DNA of 63,991 bases, filler included, from Basidiobolus ranarum (taxonomy: Eukaryota): NCBI GenBank assembly GCA_040143965.1. It is 42 parts of 42 records of this genome, joined end to end, with 100 filler letters (N's around TTAATTAATTAA, not from the genome) between each part and the next. Parts side by side here need not be neighbours in the genome. Positions count along the whole stretch, not along the records: positions 12,260 to 13,690 come from JASJQH010005212.1; positions 13,791 to 15,221 come from JASJQH010005213.1; positions 15,322 to 16,751 come from JASJQH010005214.1; positions 16,852 to 18,281 come from JASJQH010005215.1; positions 18,382 to 19,810 come from JASJQH010005216.1; positions 19,911 to 21,339 come from JASJQH010005217.1; positions 21,440 to 22,868 come from JASJQH010005218.1; positions 22,969 to 24,396 come from JASJQH010005219.1; 34 more parts are not named here. One strand, given 5' to 3'. Position 1 is the stretch's first letter. Each line of letters begins with the position of its first letter. The notes under the pieces are model-generated. The model searched no databases. It saw nothing but the letters and a program-made list of their open reading frames with translations, and was not told where the DNA came from. Below are positions 12,337 through 24,496 of this stretch, in pieces. Position numbers and translations under genes: made by a program.

Positions 12337-13045
12337 TGCTGAATCTGCTTACAACAACTCTTATCAAACCTCAACAAAGCAAACTCCTTTCTTTTAAAAT
12401 TATGGATTTCATCCTTGTTTCACAATTCACCCACCATCCAAGCTGCCTTGCACTGCTGCCTCAGACCATGCCACTTTCCTTAAGGACTTCCATAAACAAT
12501 TTATATCTGAGTTGGAGCACGCTCAATCCCAATACAAGAAGTTTGCTGATAAGAAAATAAAGCCTAGCCCAGGTCTCAAGCCAGGAGATTATGTGTGGCT
12601 ACTCTGGAAAAATATCAAAACCACTAGACCTTGTGATAAATTTGATCATAAGACACTAGGGCCTTTCACAAATATTAAGCAAATCAATTCAGTAACCTTC
12701 TGCCTTGAACTCCCAGCCCATTTCAAAGTCCACAATGTATTCCATGTGTCTTTCTTAGAGCCACATGCCAGAAACACCTTCCAGGGCCAATGCATTGGCC
12801 CACCCCCAGCAATCCAAGTGGAAGAACACCCTGAATATGAAGTTAGCAAAATTCTAGATTCCAGAATATATCAGTATAAATGACAATATTTAGTGGACTG
12901 GTAGGGATACTCCACAAATGATAAAACATGGGAGCCAGCAACAAGCCTTTCCAATTCCAAGAAACCTTGTTAGGAGTTCCATGAAGCCTACCCAGAAAAA
13001 CCTGGCCCTATGATGTCTGGAAGCCATCACTAAAGAATGCAATAC
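12337..13045 (+). mobile_element. Ty3/gypsy chromovirus G1: integrase C-terminus (GPF) and chromodomain
   Basis: PGDYVWL, KTLGPF, VHNVFHVS, EYEVSKILDSR..YLVDW.GY....TWEP. Confidence 0.92.
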
Positions 13046-13690
13046 TCTCATGATTCAGATCTTGGCATACAGATCCACTGCAAATAGAACTTGTCTATTA
13101 TTGGATTATGACATCATATCTGCTGTGCCATCCCTTCTTGGCAATCTTGTGTTAGTTCATCCAGATTGGACTTGTTCTCTGTGATAGTCCCAGATTGTGC
13201 TGTATAGATCTTATTTGATAAAGTATTCTAAAATTTATGTGGACACAATTTGGCACTATCCATCGCCCTCTGGCATGGTCAATTTCAATCATATTTACTC
13301 CAAGATATTGATCCAAGGTCCAATAAATCATGCTCAATGAAAAATGTCCATTACCTTATATGGAAGTCAAGCTCTTTGGAACGTTCCACAAAACCTAAAA
13401 ATCATGATGTCCAACACATAGTGTATTTCCACCACAAACTTCCATGGGAGGTCACCTGAACATCCTTACATCATCCTTAGATCATCCCACTTTGTATTGG
13501 TCCTTGTAGTCCCCAACACCCTGACTCTTGAACTTGCCACAGTATATTCCCTAAGTGGTATATTGTGTTTCACCTTGCCATATCTATATAAGCCCCATGT
13601 ATTCCTTGATCAGACCTCAGTCTGATCAATGCCAGTTATCAATAAAGATTCTTGCCAAAGTATCTTCCTTGTCCAGTCTTGTCTTGTCTT
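13046..13690 (+). repeat. Gypsy G1 3' LTR (5' portion)
   Basis: Follows chromodomain; start matches TGTCATGATTC at 47095; continues into the (GTCTT)n block seen at 16852 and 56501. Confidence 0.85.
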
Positions 13691-14289
13691 NNNNNNNNNN
13701 NNNNNNNNNNNNNNNNNNNNNNNNNNNNNNNNNNTTAATTAATTAANNNNNNNNNNNNNNNNNNNNNNNNNNNNNNNNNNNNNNNNNNNNGGTCTGATAA
13801 ATCCTGGCACAATGGAACAAGTCCATTGTCCAGAAATAAAGCATTTATACTTTTTGGTGGAAATACAGAAAACTAACACTGGGGTTGTGTTCAGAACATC
13901 TGTGGGAGTAAAATGAGCTATTTTTGGGGCAATTTAGACAACTTTTGAAAAAACCATCAGCATATTGAAGATTAGGATATAGTGGCCTGGGATAAAAAGT
14001 AACATACAGTAACTAGTCAATAATTGACCTAGTTGTTAAGTTAAACCAAGTCATACCCAGAGACATGTGGAGTTATTCTCATTGAAGCCTGTAGGACTGT
14101 CTGATCAAAGAAAATCTATTTTGTACAAAGACTCCCCACAAGCCAAAGAAGCAACCAATGGATTCTTAGTCATATTCACAATGAAAACAAGTGGCCAGTT
14201 GCCAAAGCAGTATGTATGGCCAGCTAAACTTGGTATAATGCAATTGCTTAGCACCAGCTTATAATAAATGAAAAGTGCCATCCAAAACT

Positions 14290-14725
14290 GGACATATCTT
14301 GTAATACCCTAATGAGTCAATTATGACACTATCTCTGAATCAGTTGATGCTATTGATGAGATATACCCAAAGTACCACATTGTAGGAGGTGTTCTGTTTC
14401 TACAATAATCTTCACATGTCCCATTACAAGAATTTAAAGAAGCCCTGCTAGCATTGTCACAAATTGTTGTGTTGTAAATGCTAGATGCTTCATGGAAAAT
14501 TAATTGCAAGTATGGTCACTGTATAAAATCACATGCTGCACAAAGCCTGGTGAATATCAATAGTAATAAGTGCACAGTATTGACATTAGTTTTGCCTGCT
14601 AAGTTTACTAACTGTACTTTACCTTATAGTTTTGGTAAACCTGCTGAAAGTCATGATACCATGGAGTTACCACAGTTCTATGACCAGAATGATGTAGTTA
14701 GGTAATCAACTTTGGACCAACCAGT
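14290..14725 (+). pseudogene. Diverged homolog of the CACTA-like internal ORF at 46150-46850 (putative transposase N-terminal region)
   Basis: FKEALL.LSQI, AAQSLV..NSNKC..LVLP.KFTNC aligns codon-by-codon with 46170-46550. Confidence 0.5.
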
Positions 14726-15221
14726 CCCTAACAAAAATAAAATCAATTTGTTCCGGATTGGATCCACCCTCCAAAAGAGCAAAACTGTGAGAGAACCATC
14801 ACAATATTGGTAGCTTGCATTCTTCCAGGGATTTTGATGATGTGACAGCGGTTCTTGACAGTACTTTGACAGTATTCATACATGTTAAAATATTGATCCT
14901 CAAATTGGCATGTGTTATCTAATATCCGGCAATTTTTGCAAAAATGTAATATTTGAATGGCAAAGCACTGGGTTTACTGCTGAAGGAATTCAATTTTAAT
15001 ATGCATGCCTTTATTTAGACATTTTAGGCTTTGTATTCCAGCTATACTGAGAATCAAAAAATACAAGAATCTTGCTGTGTTTAGTCTCTACATATGCACA
15101 TACTGGACTTATTAGACATAACTCAACAACATCAATATGCTTTACCAGCAAACTAACGGTGGAAAAATTGCCAAACATCTGAAATTTTGAATAGCACTGA
15201 CACTTGGCAAATAGCTGACTC
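14726..15221 (+). mobile_element. CACTA-like terminus type A with transposase C-terminus on - strand
   Basis: TIR; interior is the reverse complement of 24215-24396 and 18382-18740. Confidence 0.88.
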
Positions 15222-15321
15222 NNNNNNNNNNNNNNNNNNNNNNNNNNNNNNNNNNNNNNNNNNNNTTAATTAATTAANNNNNNNNNNNNNNNNNNNNNNN
15301 NNNNNNNNNNNNNNNNNNNNN

Positions 15322-16751
15322 TCTTTCTCAGACAAAAATTCTTCAATATAATGATTGAAAAGTCTGAAAGCATGGTTACTCATATTGCAAATGTGAGATC
15401 TTTGGCAACAAAAGTGGAAAATATATGTGCAACTTTACAGGAAGAAGATGTCATTATGACTCTTCTAAGTAGTCTACTAGAATAGTATTCAAGCTTGGTC
15501 ACAGCTTTGGAAGCAAGATCTGACAAGTTGTCTTTGGAATTTGTGGTAGCCAGGCTGATGGATCAACACCTCAGAAGGAAGAATTTGGAAAAAGAATCTG
15601 AGGAAGTGGGTCTTTTTGGAGCTGGGAAACATAGCTTTGGCAAGTACACAGGTTACAAAAGAAGGAAACCAGGCTTATGCTATGGTTGTAACAAGCCAGG
15701 ACACCAGTTGAAAGATTGCAAATCAAGAAATTATAGCAAAATTGAGAAGTCAGAAGAAGCATATCAGGTTTCAACCAAAGAGGAAGTTTTATTGATTTCT
15801 GCCCTATCAGTGACCTCTGAACAAGACTGTAGGTTGTGGTATATTTATTCTGGAGTCTCTCAACATTTCTCTAATCAAAAAAACTGGATCAAGACACTCA
15901 AAACTGATATAAACAAGAAGATTTACATGGGAGATGACCAGCCACTGGAAGCTCTGGGAGTGGGAGAAATTGAAGTTGATCTTGTAGGCATCTCTGGGGA
16001 CATGTATTTGACACTGAAAAACATGCTATATGTGCCTGGGATAGCAAAAAATTTGTTATCAGTGAGTAAAGCTACATCTGAGGGATATAGCTTTAATTGT
16101 GATCAAAATGGCTGTACAATCAGGGATCAAAAAGGGAATTATGTACCTTCTGGAGCTAAGCAAAATAACTTGTATAAACTTCATTATATTTGGCCAATAT
16201 ATGAACAAGTTAATACTGCCACAGCTAAAGAGATAGACTGGAAAATCTGTCATAGGGGATTGGGTTAGCTGGGAGCTGAAAATATAAGAAATTTAATCAA
16301 AAACAAGATGGTTTTGAGACCAAGTTTTGTAACTCCACTGGATCTGGAGCTATGTGAAGGTTGCCTATATGGTAGGGAACACAGACAGCCATTTGTGGGC
16401 TCTGGAAAGAGCAAAATGGATCAAAAATTGGGCCAGATACACTCAGATCCATGTGGCCCAATGCAGACAAAATCCTTAGGTGGAAAAAGGTATTTTATGA
16501 CCTTTATTGATTATGAGACAAAGTATACTTGGGTTTACTTTCTGGCCAGTAAGGATGAAGCCTTTGATAGCTTGAAGAAATTCAAAGCAATGGTGTAGAC
16601 TGAAACAGGTCTGAAGATTAAGATTATCCAGACTGATAATGGAGGGGAATATATCTCAAAACTCTTCTCTAACTTCTGCTCAACACATGGGATAAAACAG
16701 CAGACTACAGTGCCATATTGTCCGCAGCAGATTGGAGTAGCTGAAGGTGCA
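15322..16751 (+). mobile_element. Copia C2 gag-protease-integrase, decayed
   Basis: CYGCNKPGHQLKDC, WYIYSGVSQH, IHSDPCGP, TDNGGEY. Confidence 0.92.
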
Positions 16752-16851
16752 NNNNNNNNNNNNNNNNNNNNNNNNNNNNNNNNNNNNNNNNNNNNTTAAT
16801 TAATTAANNNNNNNNNNNNNNNNNNNNNNNNNNNNNNNNNNNNNNNNNNNN

Positions 16852-16961
16852 TCCTTGTCCAGTCTTGTCTTGTCTTGTCTTGTGGTCTACACCCAAGTAC
16901 TCTCCTGCCTTCTAGCCTCTTGTTGTTGTTCCCAGTCCTTGTCCAGTTCCTTATTGTGACA
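16852..16961 (+). repeat. Gypsy G1 LTR 3' end (..ATTGTGACA) inserted within a gypsy gag
   Basis: No PBS follows; gag-coding sequence continues directly. Confidence 0.8.
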
Positions 16962-18281
16962 TCTATTGCTCAAGTGCTGAATCCAGCTCCACCCAACTAT
17001 ACTGCAAATCCAACTCCTGAACCCAAAATCTCCTTACCAAATAAGTTTGATGGCACTTGCCAAAACTATTGTGGTTTTATTAACCAAGTAAAGCTCATCA
17101 TCCAGTTACATCCCCATTGCTACCTCACACCAAACAAAAGTAGGCTTAGTAGGAACACTATCATTAGGAACAGCTCAATCTTGGTTTGCTCCTTTGATGG
17201 AAAGTCCATATCCACTTCTTTCAAACTTCCTTGCCTTTCTTGCTGAACTGGAAGCCACATTTGGAAATGCAGATAAGGAAAGAACTTCAGCCACTAAGAT
17301 CCATGCACCTAAACAAGGGTCAAAACCTGCAGCAACTTATGCTGCAGAAATCCACCTTCTTGCATGTGTTCTCAATTGGGGAGAATCTGCCCTGATCAAC
17401 CAATTCCAATGTGGACTCTAAGAAAATATTAAGGATCTTTTAACCACTATGGCTGACCCAGTGACCTTGACTGCTGCTATCCACAAGGCAGTTAAACGTG
17501 ACAACCAGTTGTTTGAAAGACAACCACAAAGAAATATGGCTCCTTTCTTCTCTCCTTCATCATCTACTTTCAGACCTCCCTTCTGTCAAACACAAAATAC
17601 AGCTCAAGCTGATGACCCAATGCAAATTGATGGAACTTGCTTCAGAAAGCTTAGCCCTGAGTAGAAGTATCAACACCAACAAGAGAATCTATGCCTCTAT
17701 TGTGGAGCTCCTGAACATGTAGGAAGAACCTGTCCAAAAAAGAATTCTGGATTTTAGATCAACAATATGCAAGTAGAAGAGAACTCCTCCCAACCTTTGG
17801 AAAACTTCAATACCCAGCTGTAATAATGGGCATGTAGTTGGGCAAACCATCTTCAAAAATGTATCTTCAACATACATTGCAATCTCTGCAGTCATACAAG
17901 TCATTAAAGCTGCCCATTACACTCCTACTACCAAATTCCAAGTCAATAAAATCACCTGCACTTCTTGATCCAGGTGCTTCCTCCTGCTTTATTGAATCTG
18001 CCTTTGTAAAATCCCACTCTATCTCAACAATCAAGAAATCTAGTCCAGTCCTTGTAGAAGTAATTGATGGAAGGCTGCTATCATCAGGTGCTGTAACACA
18101 TAAGACAACCTTTATGACACTCATGTCCACTGCTCATCAAGAAGAAATAGCCTTTAATATCATTTCTTCACCTCACCACGCAGTCATCCTTGGTATCTCA
18201 TGGCTCATGCAGCACAACCCAGTAACCAATTAGAAGAAGAAGATTATCATCTTCAAGCAAACTCCACCTCCATGTCCATAT
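16962..18281 (+). mobile_element. Ty3/gypsy gag (PMQID, CCHC) and aspartic protease, decayed
   Basis: PEPKISLPNKFDG, DDPMQIDG, CLYCGAPEHVGRTC, ALLDPGASSCFI, ILGISWL..HNP. Confidence 0.92.
17799..17842 (+). promoter_or_regulatory. Putative -1 ribosomal frameshift signal (GGAAAAC plus downstream stem)
   Basis: G GAA AAC in gag frame 5 codons before the gag stop; CCCAGCTG pairs with TAGTTGGG; protease lies in the -1 frame. Confidence 0.7.
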
Positions 18282-18381
18282 NNNNNNNNNNNNNNNNNNN
18301 NNNNNNNNNNNNNNNNNNNNNNNNNTTAATTAATTAANNNNNNNNNNNNNNNNNNNNNNNNNNNNNNNNNNNNNNNNNNNN

Positions 18382-18740
18382 TGTGCATATGTAGAGACTA
18401 AACACAATGAGATTCTTGTATTTTTTGATTCTCATTATGGCTGGAATACAAAGCCTAAAATATCTAAATAAAGGCATGCATATTAATTCGAACTCCTACA
18501 GCAGTAAACCCAGTAATTTGCCATTAAAAAATTATATTTTTGCTAAAATTGCTAGATATTGAATAACGCATGTCAAATTTGAGGATCAATATTTTAACAT
18601 GTATGAATACCGCCAAGATACCATATCATCAAAATCCATGGCAGAATGCAAGCCAACAATATTGTGAAGATTCTCTGATGGTTTTGCTATTTGGGAGGGT
18701 GGATCCGATCCGGATCAAATCGATTTTATTTTTGTTAGGG
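18382..18740 (+). mobile_element. Transposase C-terminus (stop 18469-18471) and terminus type A
   Basis: Overlaps 24334-24396; reads ..DSHYGWNTKPKISK*; ends GTTAGGG. Confidence 0.88.
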
Positions 18741-18780
18741 TAGGTTTAAGCAAAATACAAAATGATTAGTCTAGTGGGAA

Positions 18781-19810
18781 TGTTGAAATTAGACAAAGAG
18801 CAACTTATTATTTAGTAGTTTGTTTATTCATATTCTAATTCATTAGTTTTCAACTCTGTCATTCAAAAGCACGGGTTTATTGCACTAATTGAGAGAAATA
18901 TCAATTAGATCACTTTTACCAATTATTTCTATTCTCTCAAATCTTTTCCAAATCACCTCAAAATCTCAGCCATGCTTAACAGGCATGTTTGTTATAATAT
19001 AAGCACATGCAATAGTCCTATTTCATAGTACACTATAAATAGGACATTTTCAATTTGTAAAATCTAAATGTTGAATTCACAAATACAAATCCTGTCCAAA
19101 ACACTTCCAAATCCCCAATACACTTTTATCATGCAGAAATAGGATTTTTGCTAAGAAGCTAAAATTGGAGCATGCAAAGCAAGCAAGCATAGAATGGGAT
19201 CATCTATTAGTGTTTGCCCTATCAGTAGCCATTAGAGGAGCCTCAGAAGCATTTTACATTGCTTCAGGAGCCTCCCAGCATATGTCAAACCAGAGAGATT
19301 GGTTTTCCAGCTTACAGCCCATCCATAAAAGGAAAGTCTACCTAGGTGATGATTATGCACTATATGCAGTTGGTAAGGGAACAGTTATGCTCAATTTAGA
19401 CCAAAATTCTGCTACAACATTTGCAAAACTGGATGATGTACTCTATATAGCAAATAAAGGCAAGAATCTACACTCAGTAAGCCAAGCAACAACTCAAGGA
19501 CTAAATTTTGCACTCAACCAGACTGGATGCACTATCACATATCAGAATAGAACCAATTTAGCTACTGGGATCAAAACCCAAAGCTTTTACAAAGGAAAAT
19601 TGACAAATTGCATTCTAAGCATGCAACCTTAGCCAAAACTGATGAAATAAGCTGTCAAACATGGCATAGAAGAATAGGCCATATTGGGTAGCTACAACTG
19701 ATGCAAATGAACATAAATCAACTTGTTTCAGGCTTAGAAATACAAAATATCACTAAATTGGAACTGTGGAAGGTTGCAGATATGAAAAATATGATGGACA
19801 GCTATTTTCA
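18781..19810 (+). mobile_element. Copia C1 3' LTR (18781-19131) inserted into another C1 gag-protease
   Basis: LTR then CRNRIFAKKLK and FYIASGASQHM. Confidence 0.85.
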
Positions 19811-19910
19811 NNNNNNNNNNNNNNNNNNNNNNNNNNNNNNNNNNNNNNNNNNNNTTAATTAATTAANNNNNNNNNNNNNNNNNNNNNNNNNNNNNNNNNN
19901 NNNNNNNNNN

Positions 19911-21125
19911 CCTGAGAGCAATCTACTAAGACAGCAATCCATTACAATGTGTACCCCCACAAGACCAAGACAACGGGTGTTTGAGAGAGATAGTGAAGCT
20001 CTTACTGAGCTTGAAGAAGCCACAACAGTCAAACACAAACCTCAAGGTAGACAATATGCTCCAATGCATTCTGCCATGCAACAGAGGTCACAGCGGCCAG
20101 TCAAAAGAGATGAAGCTTCTACCATGGTTGAAGAGGCAAGAACTGCCAAATGTGAACCTCAAGGTATACAACTTGCTCCAACATGTACTGGAATGCAACC
20201 ATGGCAATGGCCAGTCAAAAGAGATGAAGCTTCCACTGTGGTTGAAGAAGCAATAACCACAGAACACAAACCACAAGGTAGACAACTTGCTCCAACATGT
20301 ACTGCCATGCAACCACGGCCATGGCCAGTCAAAAGAGATGAAGCTTCTACCATGGTTGAAGAGGCAAGAACTGCTGAACACAAACCACAAGGTAGACAAC
20401 TTGCTCCAACACGTACTGTCATGCAAGCATGGTCAAGCCAGTTGAAAGAGATGAAGATTCCACCTTGATTGAAGAAGCAATAACTGTCAAGCACAAGCCT
20501 CAAGGAAGATGACTTGCTCAAACAAGTTCCACCATGCAACAGAGGTCATGGCAACCGGTTGAAAGAGATGAAGCTTCTATCATGGTTGAAGAAGCAATAA
20601 CTGTCAAGCATGAACATCAAGTGAGACATTACGGGTTGACATGTAGAGCTGCACACCAGCAGCAATGGTTCGTTGACCCATTAAGAGAAGGCTTCACATC
20701 TGAAGAAGAGACTGTAGATACAAACAAACCACAAACTAGAGTGGATGAGCCAATGAAATTGTCATATATCAAAAAAATCAATGATAGCCTATTAATACAA
20801 GCAATTTCACTACAATCAAATGAAAAATGTCTGTCAATAAAAACTTCCGCAGCCATATTGGCTTGATATGGCTCAATCCGTTCACATTTTCACCCAATTA
20901 GAAGCTGACATAATTGAATAAATAATTTACTGATCTAAAAATTATGAATCATGTGATCCTGATCACTACTATCAGACTGTACATTGATCCATCATTGAGT
21001 GCTGTGATTTGTGACTGGTGTGCCAAAACTACTGGTGTTTGGTAACGCAGGAGCTGTTGTGCGCAATTGAAAATCAGGATACTAGTTTAGTGAGGGACAA
21101 ATGATTGGCCTAAAAACATGTGAAT
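19911..21125 (+). pseudogene. Decayed hypothetical repeat protein, 5'-truncated
   Basis: ORF pieces 19947-20468 and 20534-20866 separated by a 1-bp deletion; possible C-terminal DWCAKTTGVW segment; CpG-poor. Confidence 0.45.
19950..20680 (+). repeat. Coding tandem repeat, ~6 units of 113-120 bp (38-40 aa, PVKRDEASTxVEEA...)
   Basis: Unit starts at ~19980, 20100, 20214, 20328, 20441, 20558. Confidence 0.9.
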
Positions 21126-21439
21126 GTCTTGGTTATATATTTGATTGGGTAAGTTACAGTATAAATTGTTTATTGTTACACATTCAGTAATTCTTAAGTT
21201 TCAAATTAGGGGATGAACTTACTTTGTCAGTTACCCAAAATTGTAATTTGGCAATACTATATTGGATAACTTGGTATGGGCTGGCACAATATCTCCAATA
21301 AAATCTTTGTGTCCAATTGTGGTGGGATAGTGCCATATTNNNNNNNNNNNNNNNNNNNNNNNNNNNNNNNNNNNNNNNNNNNNTTAATTAATTAANNNNN
21401 NNNNNNNNNNNNNNNNNNNNNNNNNNNNNNNNNNNNNNN

Positions 21440-22096
21440 AGCAATATGGTTAAGAAAACTCTTAACAGATTTGGGTTATTCTCAAAATTCACCAACTACA
21501 ATATTTCAAGATAATCAAAGTTGTATCAAATTAGCTAAAAATCCCATGTTGCATAATAGAAGCAAGCATATAGATATTAAGCATCACTTCATTAGAGAGA
21601 CTATAGAGAATAAGTTTATTGACTTAATTTATTGTTCTACAGAAGACATGATTGCTGATATATTAACCAAACCATTAGCTAGACAGAAATTTGAGAAATT
21701 TAGACCTTTATTAGGATTAGTTTATAAGACTATTTAGTTGAGGGAGAGTGTTGAAACTAGCATTGCCAAAACACCTATATGGTCATATATAGTTTAGTAC
21801 TTAGTTATCTTATAATTCACCAAGATATCATCAATTATTCTCAATTGTAACTTACTAATTATATTTTTACCAACTTAAAAGTTATTAGATATATAGTTTT
21901 TTCAAACTTGTGCTAGAAGCCCCAAACTTTGCACACATGTTCCTGGGACCTTCTGTAACACAATATACATGTTGGTTTGTTTACATCTTGTCAAAACTAT
22001 AAGTATCAACTTTCTACTCAATAAATCAATAAGTGAAAACCACCAATTTCTCTAATTCTCCAAGCCACCTCCAACAGACTCCCAAATACTTTAACA
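21440..22096 (+). mobile_element. Copia family C3 RNase H end and 3' LTR (21749-22096)
   Basis: QDNQSCI, RSKHIDIKHHF; PPT gagggagag; TGTTGAAAC...TTTAACA. Confidence 0.9.
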
Positions 22097-22113
22097 CTTT
22101 AACAGCTAGCTTG

Positions 22114-22229
22114 GGGCTCATAACCTAATAAAAGTGCTTTAGGGATTTGGATATGTTTTGGACAAGATTTGGATTTGTGGATTAGACCCTTGGGCTTTAT
22201 TTAATTGAATATGTCCTATTTATAGTTTA
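22114..22229 (-). repeat. C1 LTR 3' end with PBS GGTTATGAGCCC (22114-22125)
   Basis: Reverse complement of ~50915-51033. Confidence 0.8.
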
Positions 22230-22868
22230 TGTTGGATAATTATTCTTTATTTAACATCATAGTTAACTTTAGTTATGTTACATATATCAGAAACAGAAAG
22301 CAATGTATCTATAGCCCCAATATTTCAAATAGGAATTTCTCTATATCTTTATAACAAGTATGTCTTATTACCCCCACTTATCTATTGCAACTTATTACAC
22401 AAACTCCAGAATATCTCAAAGAATTGATTTACTCTTCTACTATATAAGTCACCCTATAATCTTAAGAATAAAGTAACTAAAACACACTATGATAAGTTGC
22501 TTCTAATACTCAAAGTGTACCCCCATTATGTCAAGATCCTCCAACATGGTAGCAGCTAGTGAATTAGAGTCTTCTTCCCAAATGGAGATTATTAATATTA
22601 TGACATTCAATGGGGAAGATTTCAATGAATGAAAATTCATGATGCAACTTGTGCTTGAAGGGAAACATGTCTGGGAAGTAGTTCAGCCAGATGAAGAAGA
22701 AAGTACAGATTCTGACACTGAAACAAAGAAGCCAACATGTAAACAAGCCAGGGCAGTCTTCAAAGAAAAAGACAGATTGGCATTTAGGGAAATATGTCTA
22801 AGACTGGGATCACAACAACTTATGCTAGTCAGAGATGCTGACTCTGCCAAGAATGCATGGGAAATCCT
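22230..22868 (+). mobile_element. Copia family C4 5' LTR (22230-22546), PBS TGGTAGCAG, gag start
   Basis: TGTTGGA...TCCAACA termini; MQLVLEGKHVWEVV..SAKNAWE. Confidence 0.85.
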
Positions 22869-22968
22869 NNNNNNNNNNNNNNNNNNNNNNNNNNNNNNNN
22901 NNNNNNNNNNNNTTAATTAATTAANNNNNNNNNNNNNNNNNNNNNNNNNNNNNNNNNNNNNNNNNNNN

Positions 22969-24396
22969 GGCACAATGCACTATCTTGCTGTACATTTTGT
23001 CAAATCAATGGAATTTACTCTATCAGGCAGATGCATTATTACTATCCAAATGCAACACTAAACTCCATGATTTTACCATCAAGAGCCTGGTCAGAATTCA
23101 ACATGATCACTGATATTAATTTACCAAATAGTCAGTCTAACATCAAACTTGGTATTAGCCGTAAGCCTAAGATTATATTGCTAAAGGGAATCAGCTGGAG
23201 CCAGAGCTTCCCATTAGGCACCATGCACTTACTATTTAATAACATTCTGATACTACTTACTCAGCTATATAGTGAAAAATTCAATATGATTGAGCCATTT
23301 GAGATAGGATCAAAGTTTGATTTAATTGGGAAAATGCTTGAAAACATTAAGATACCATCATATTCTACCGGGACTCCCATCAACATCCACTCATCTAGGT
23401 GTTTATTCAAATGCAAAGACTGGAAGTATTCAATTTGTATATATTCAAGAGGAATTTCGAAAAGATTTCTGCCTGATAAGTATTAGCAATAATGGGAGTT
23501 GTTTGTTGATGTTGCTAATATATTCTTATGGCATCAACTCACATTGGCAGATCTCAGGCAGATATAGTGACTGTGCAAAAATTTTGTGATTGGAGACAAA
23601 AAACTTTATTACAGGTTTGAAGAAGATATACTGAATCTATGCCAGTAATCAATACATTCCCTGCTGCATTGTTCACAATGCTTAGAGATTATAGGCCCTT
23701 GCCATACATTCTGGCAGTTCCCAATGGAGCGCACCTGTAGTGAAATGATGCTCCGTGTGAAATTGTCAGTATTACCTCATGCTAATCCAGTTGACAATGT
23801 ATCAGCAAAATCAGTGATGGATGTAATGCAATGGGTTAAGCAGACTCCAGAGTTATTAACCTTCTAACAAAGGGCTCTTTTCAATGTGCTCACAGGTTTT
23901 TGCATTGTTTGAGCACAATGACAGCCACAACGCCCAATCCATGGACACAGAGTAAGTACCTCTATAATCTGGACTAATCTGTTTGTGTAATAACCTGATG
24001 GTATTTTTAGGAAAGCTGCAAGACAGACTTCTTGGTGAGATAGATGGAGATAGACAGTATTATTGTTATAGCCATGGGGTAACCTATTCATGCAATGACA
24101 CATCTACTTGTGGCAGGACATTTGTTGACTGCAAGTTAGGGATATATTGGCTGAATTCTTTATGGAAATTTGCCAAAATTCAAGAGTTTATTCTTATTGT
24201 GAATAGTAACAAGAGTCAGCTATTTGCCAAATGTCAGTGCTATTCAAAACTTCAGATATTTAGCAATTTTTCCACCATTAGTTTGCTGGTAGAGCATATT
24301 GATGTTGTTGAGTAATGTCTAATCAGTCAAGTATGTGCATATGTAGAAACTAAACACAACAAGATTCTTGTATTTTTTGATTCTCATTATGGCTGG
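22969..24396 (+). pseudogene. CACTA/CMC transposase, core to C-terminal domain, with putative intron 23952-24010
   Basis: FPLGTMHLLFNN, FKCKDWK, IHSLLH, WQFPMER; spliced join to ..KFAKIQEFILI..LFAKCQCY. Confidence 0.85.
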
Positions 24397-24496
24397 NNNN
24401 NNNNNNNNNNNNNNNNNNNNNNNNNNNNNNNNNNNNNNNNTTAATTAATTAANNNNNNNNNNNNNNNNNNNNNNNNNNNNNNNNNNNNNNNNNNNN

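Noticed and set aside
16852-16885. (GTCTT)n as a standalone microsatellite or telomere
   Set aside because: It is an internal part of the G1 LTR, seen in the same context at 13675, 53330, 56755 and 57860.
16875-16961. Hydrophobic 'signal peptide' ORFs (CGLHPSTLLPSSLLLLFPVLVQFLIVT) here and at 56735, 57443, 57594
   Set aside because: Chance translation of the pyrimidine-rich LTR end.
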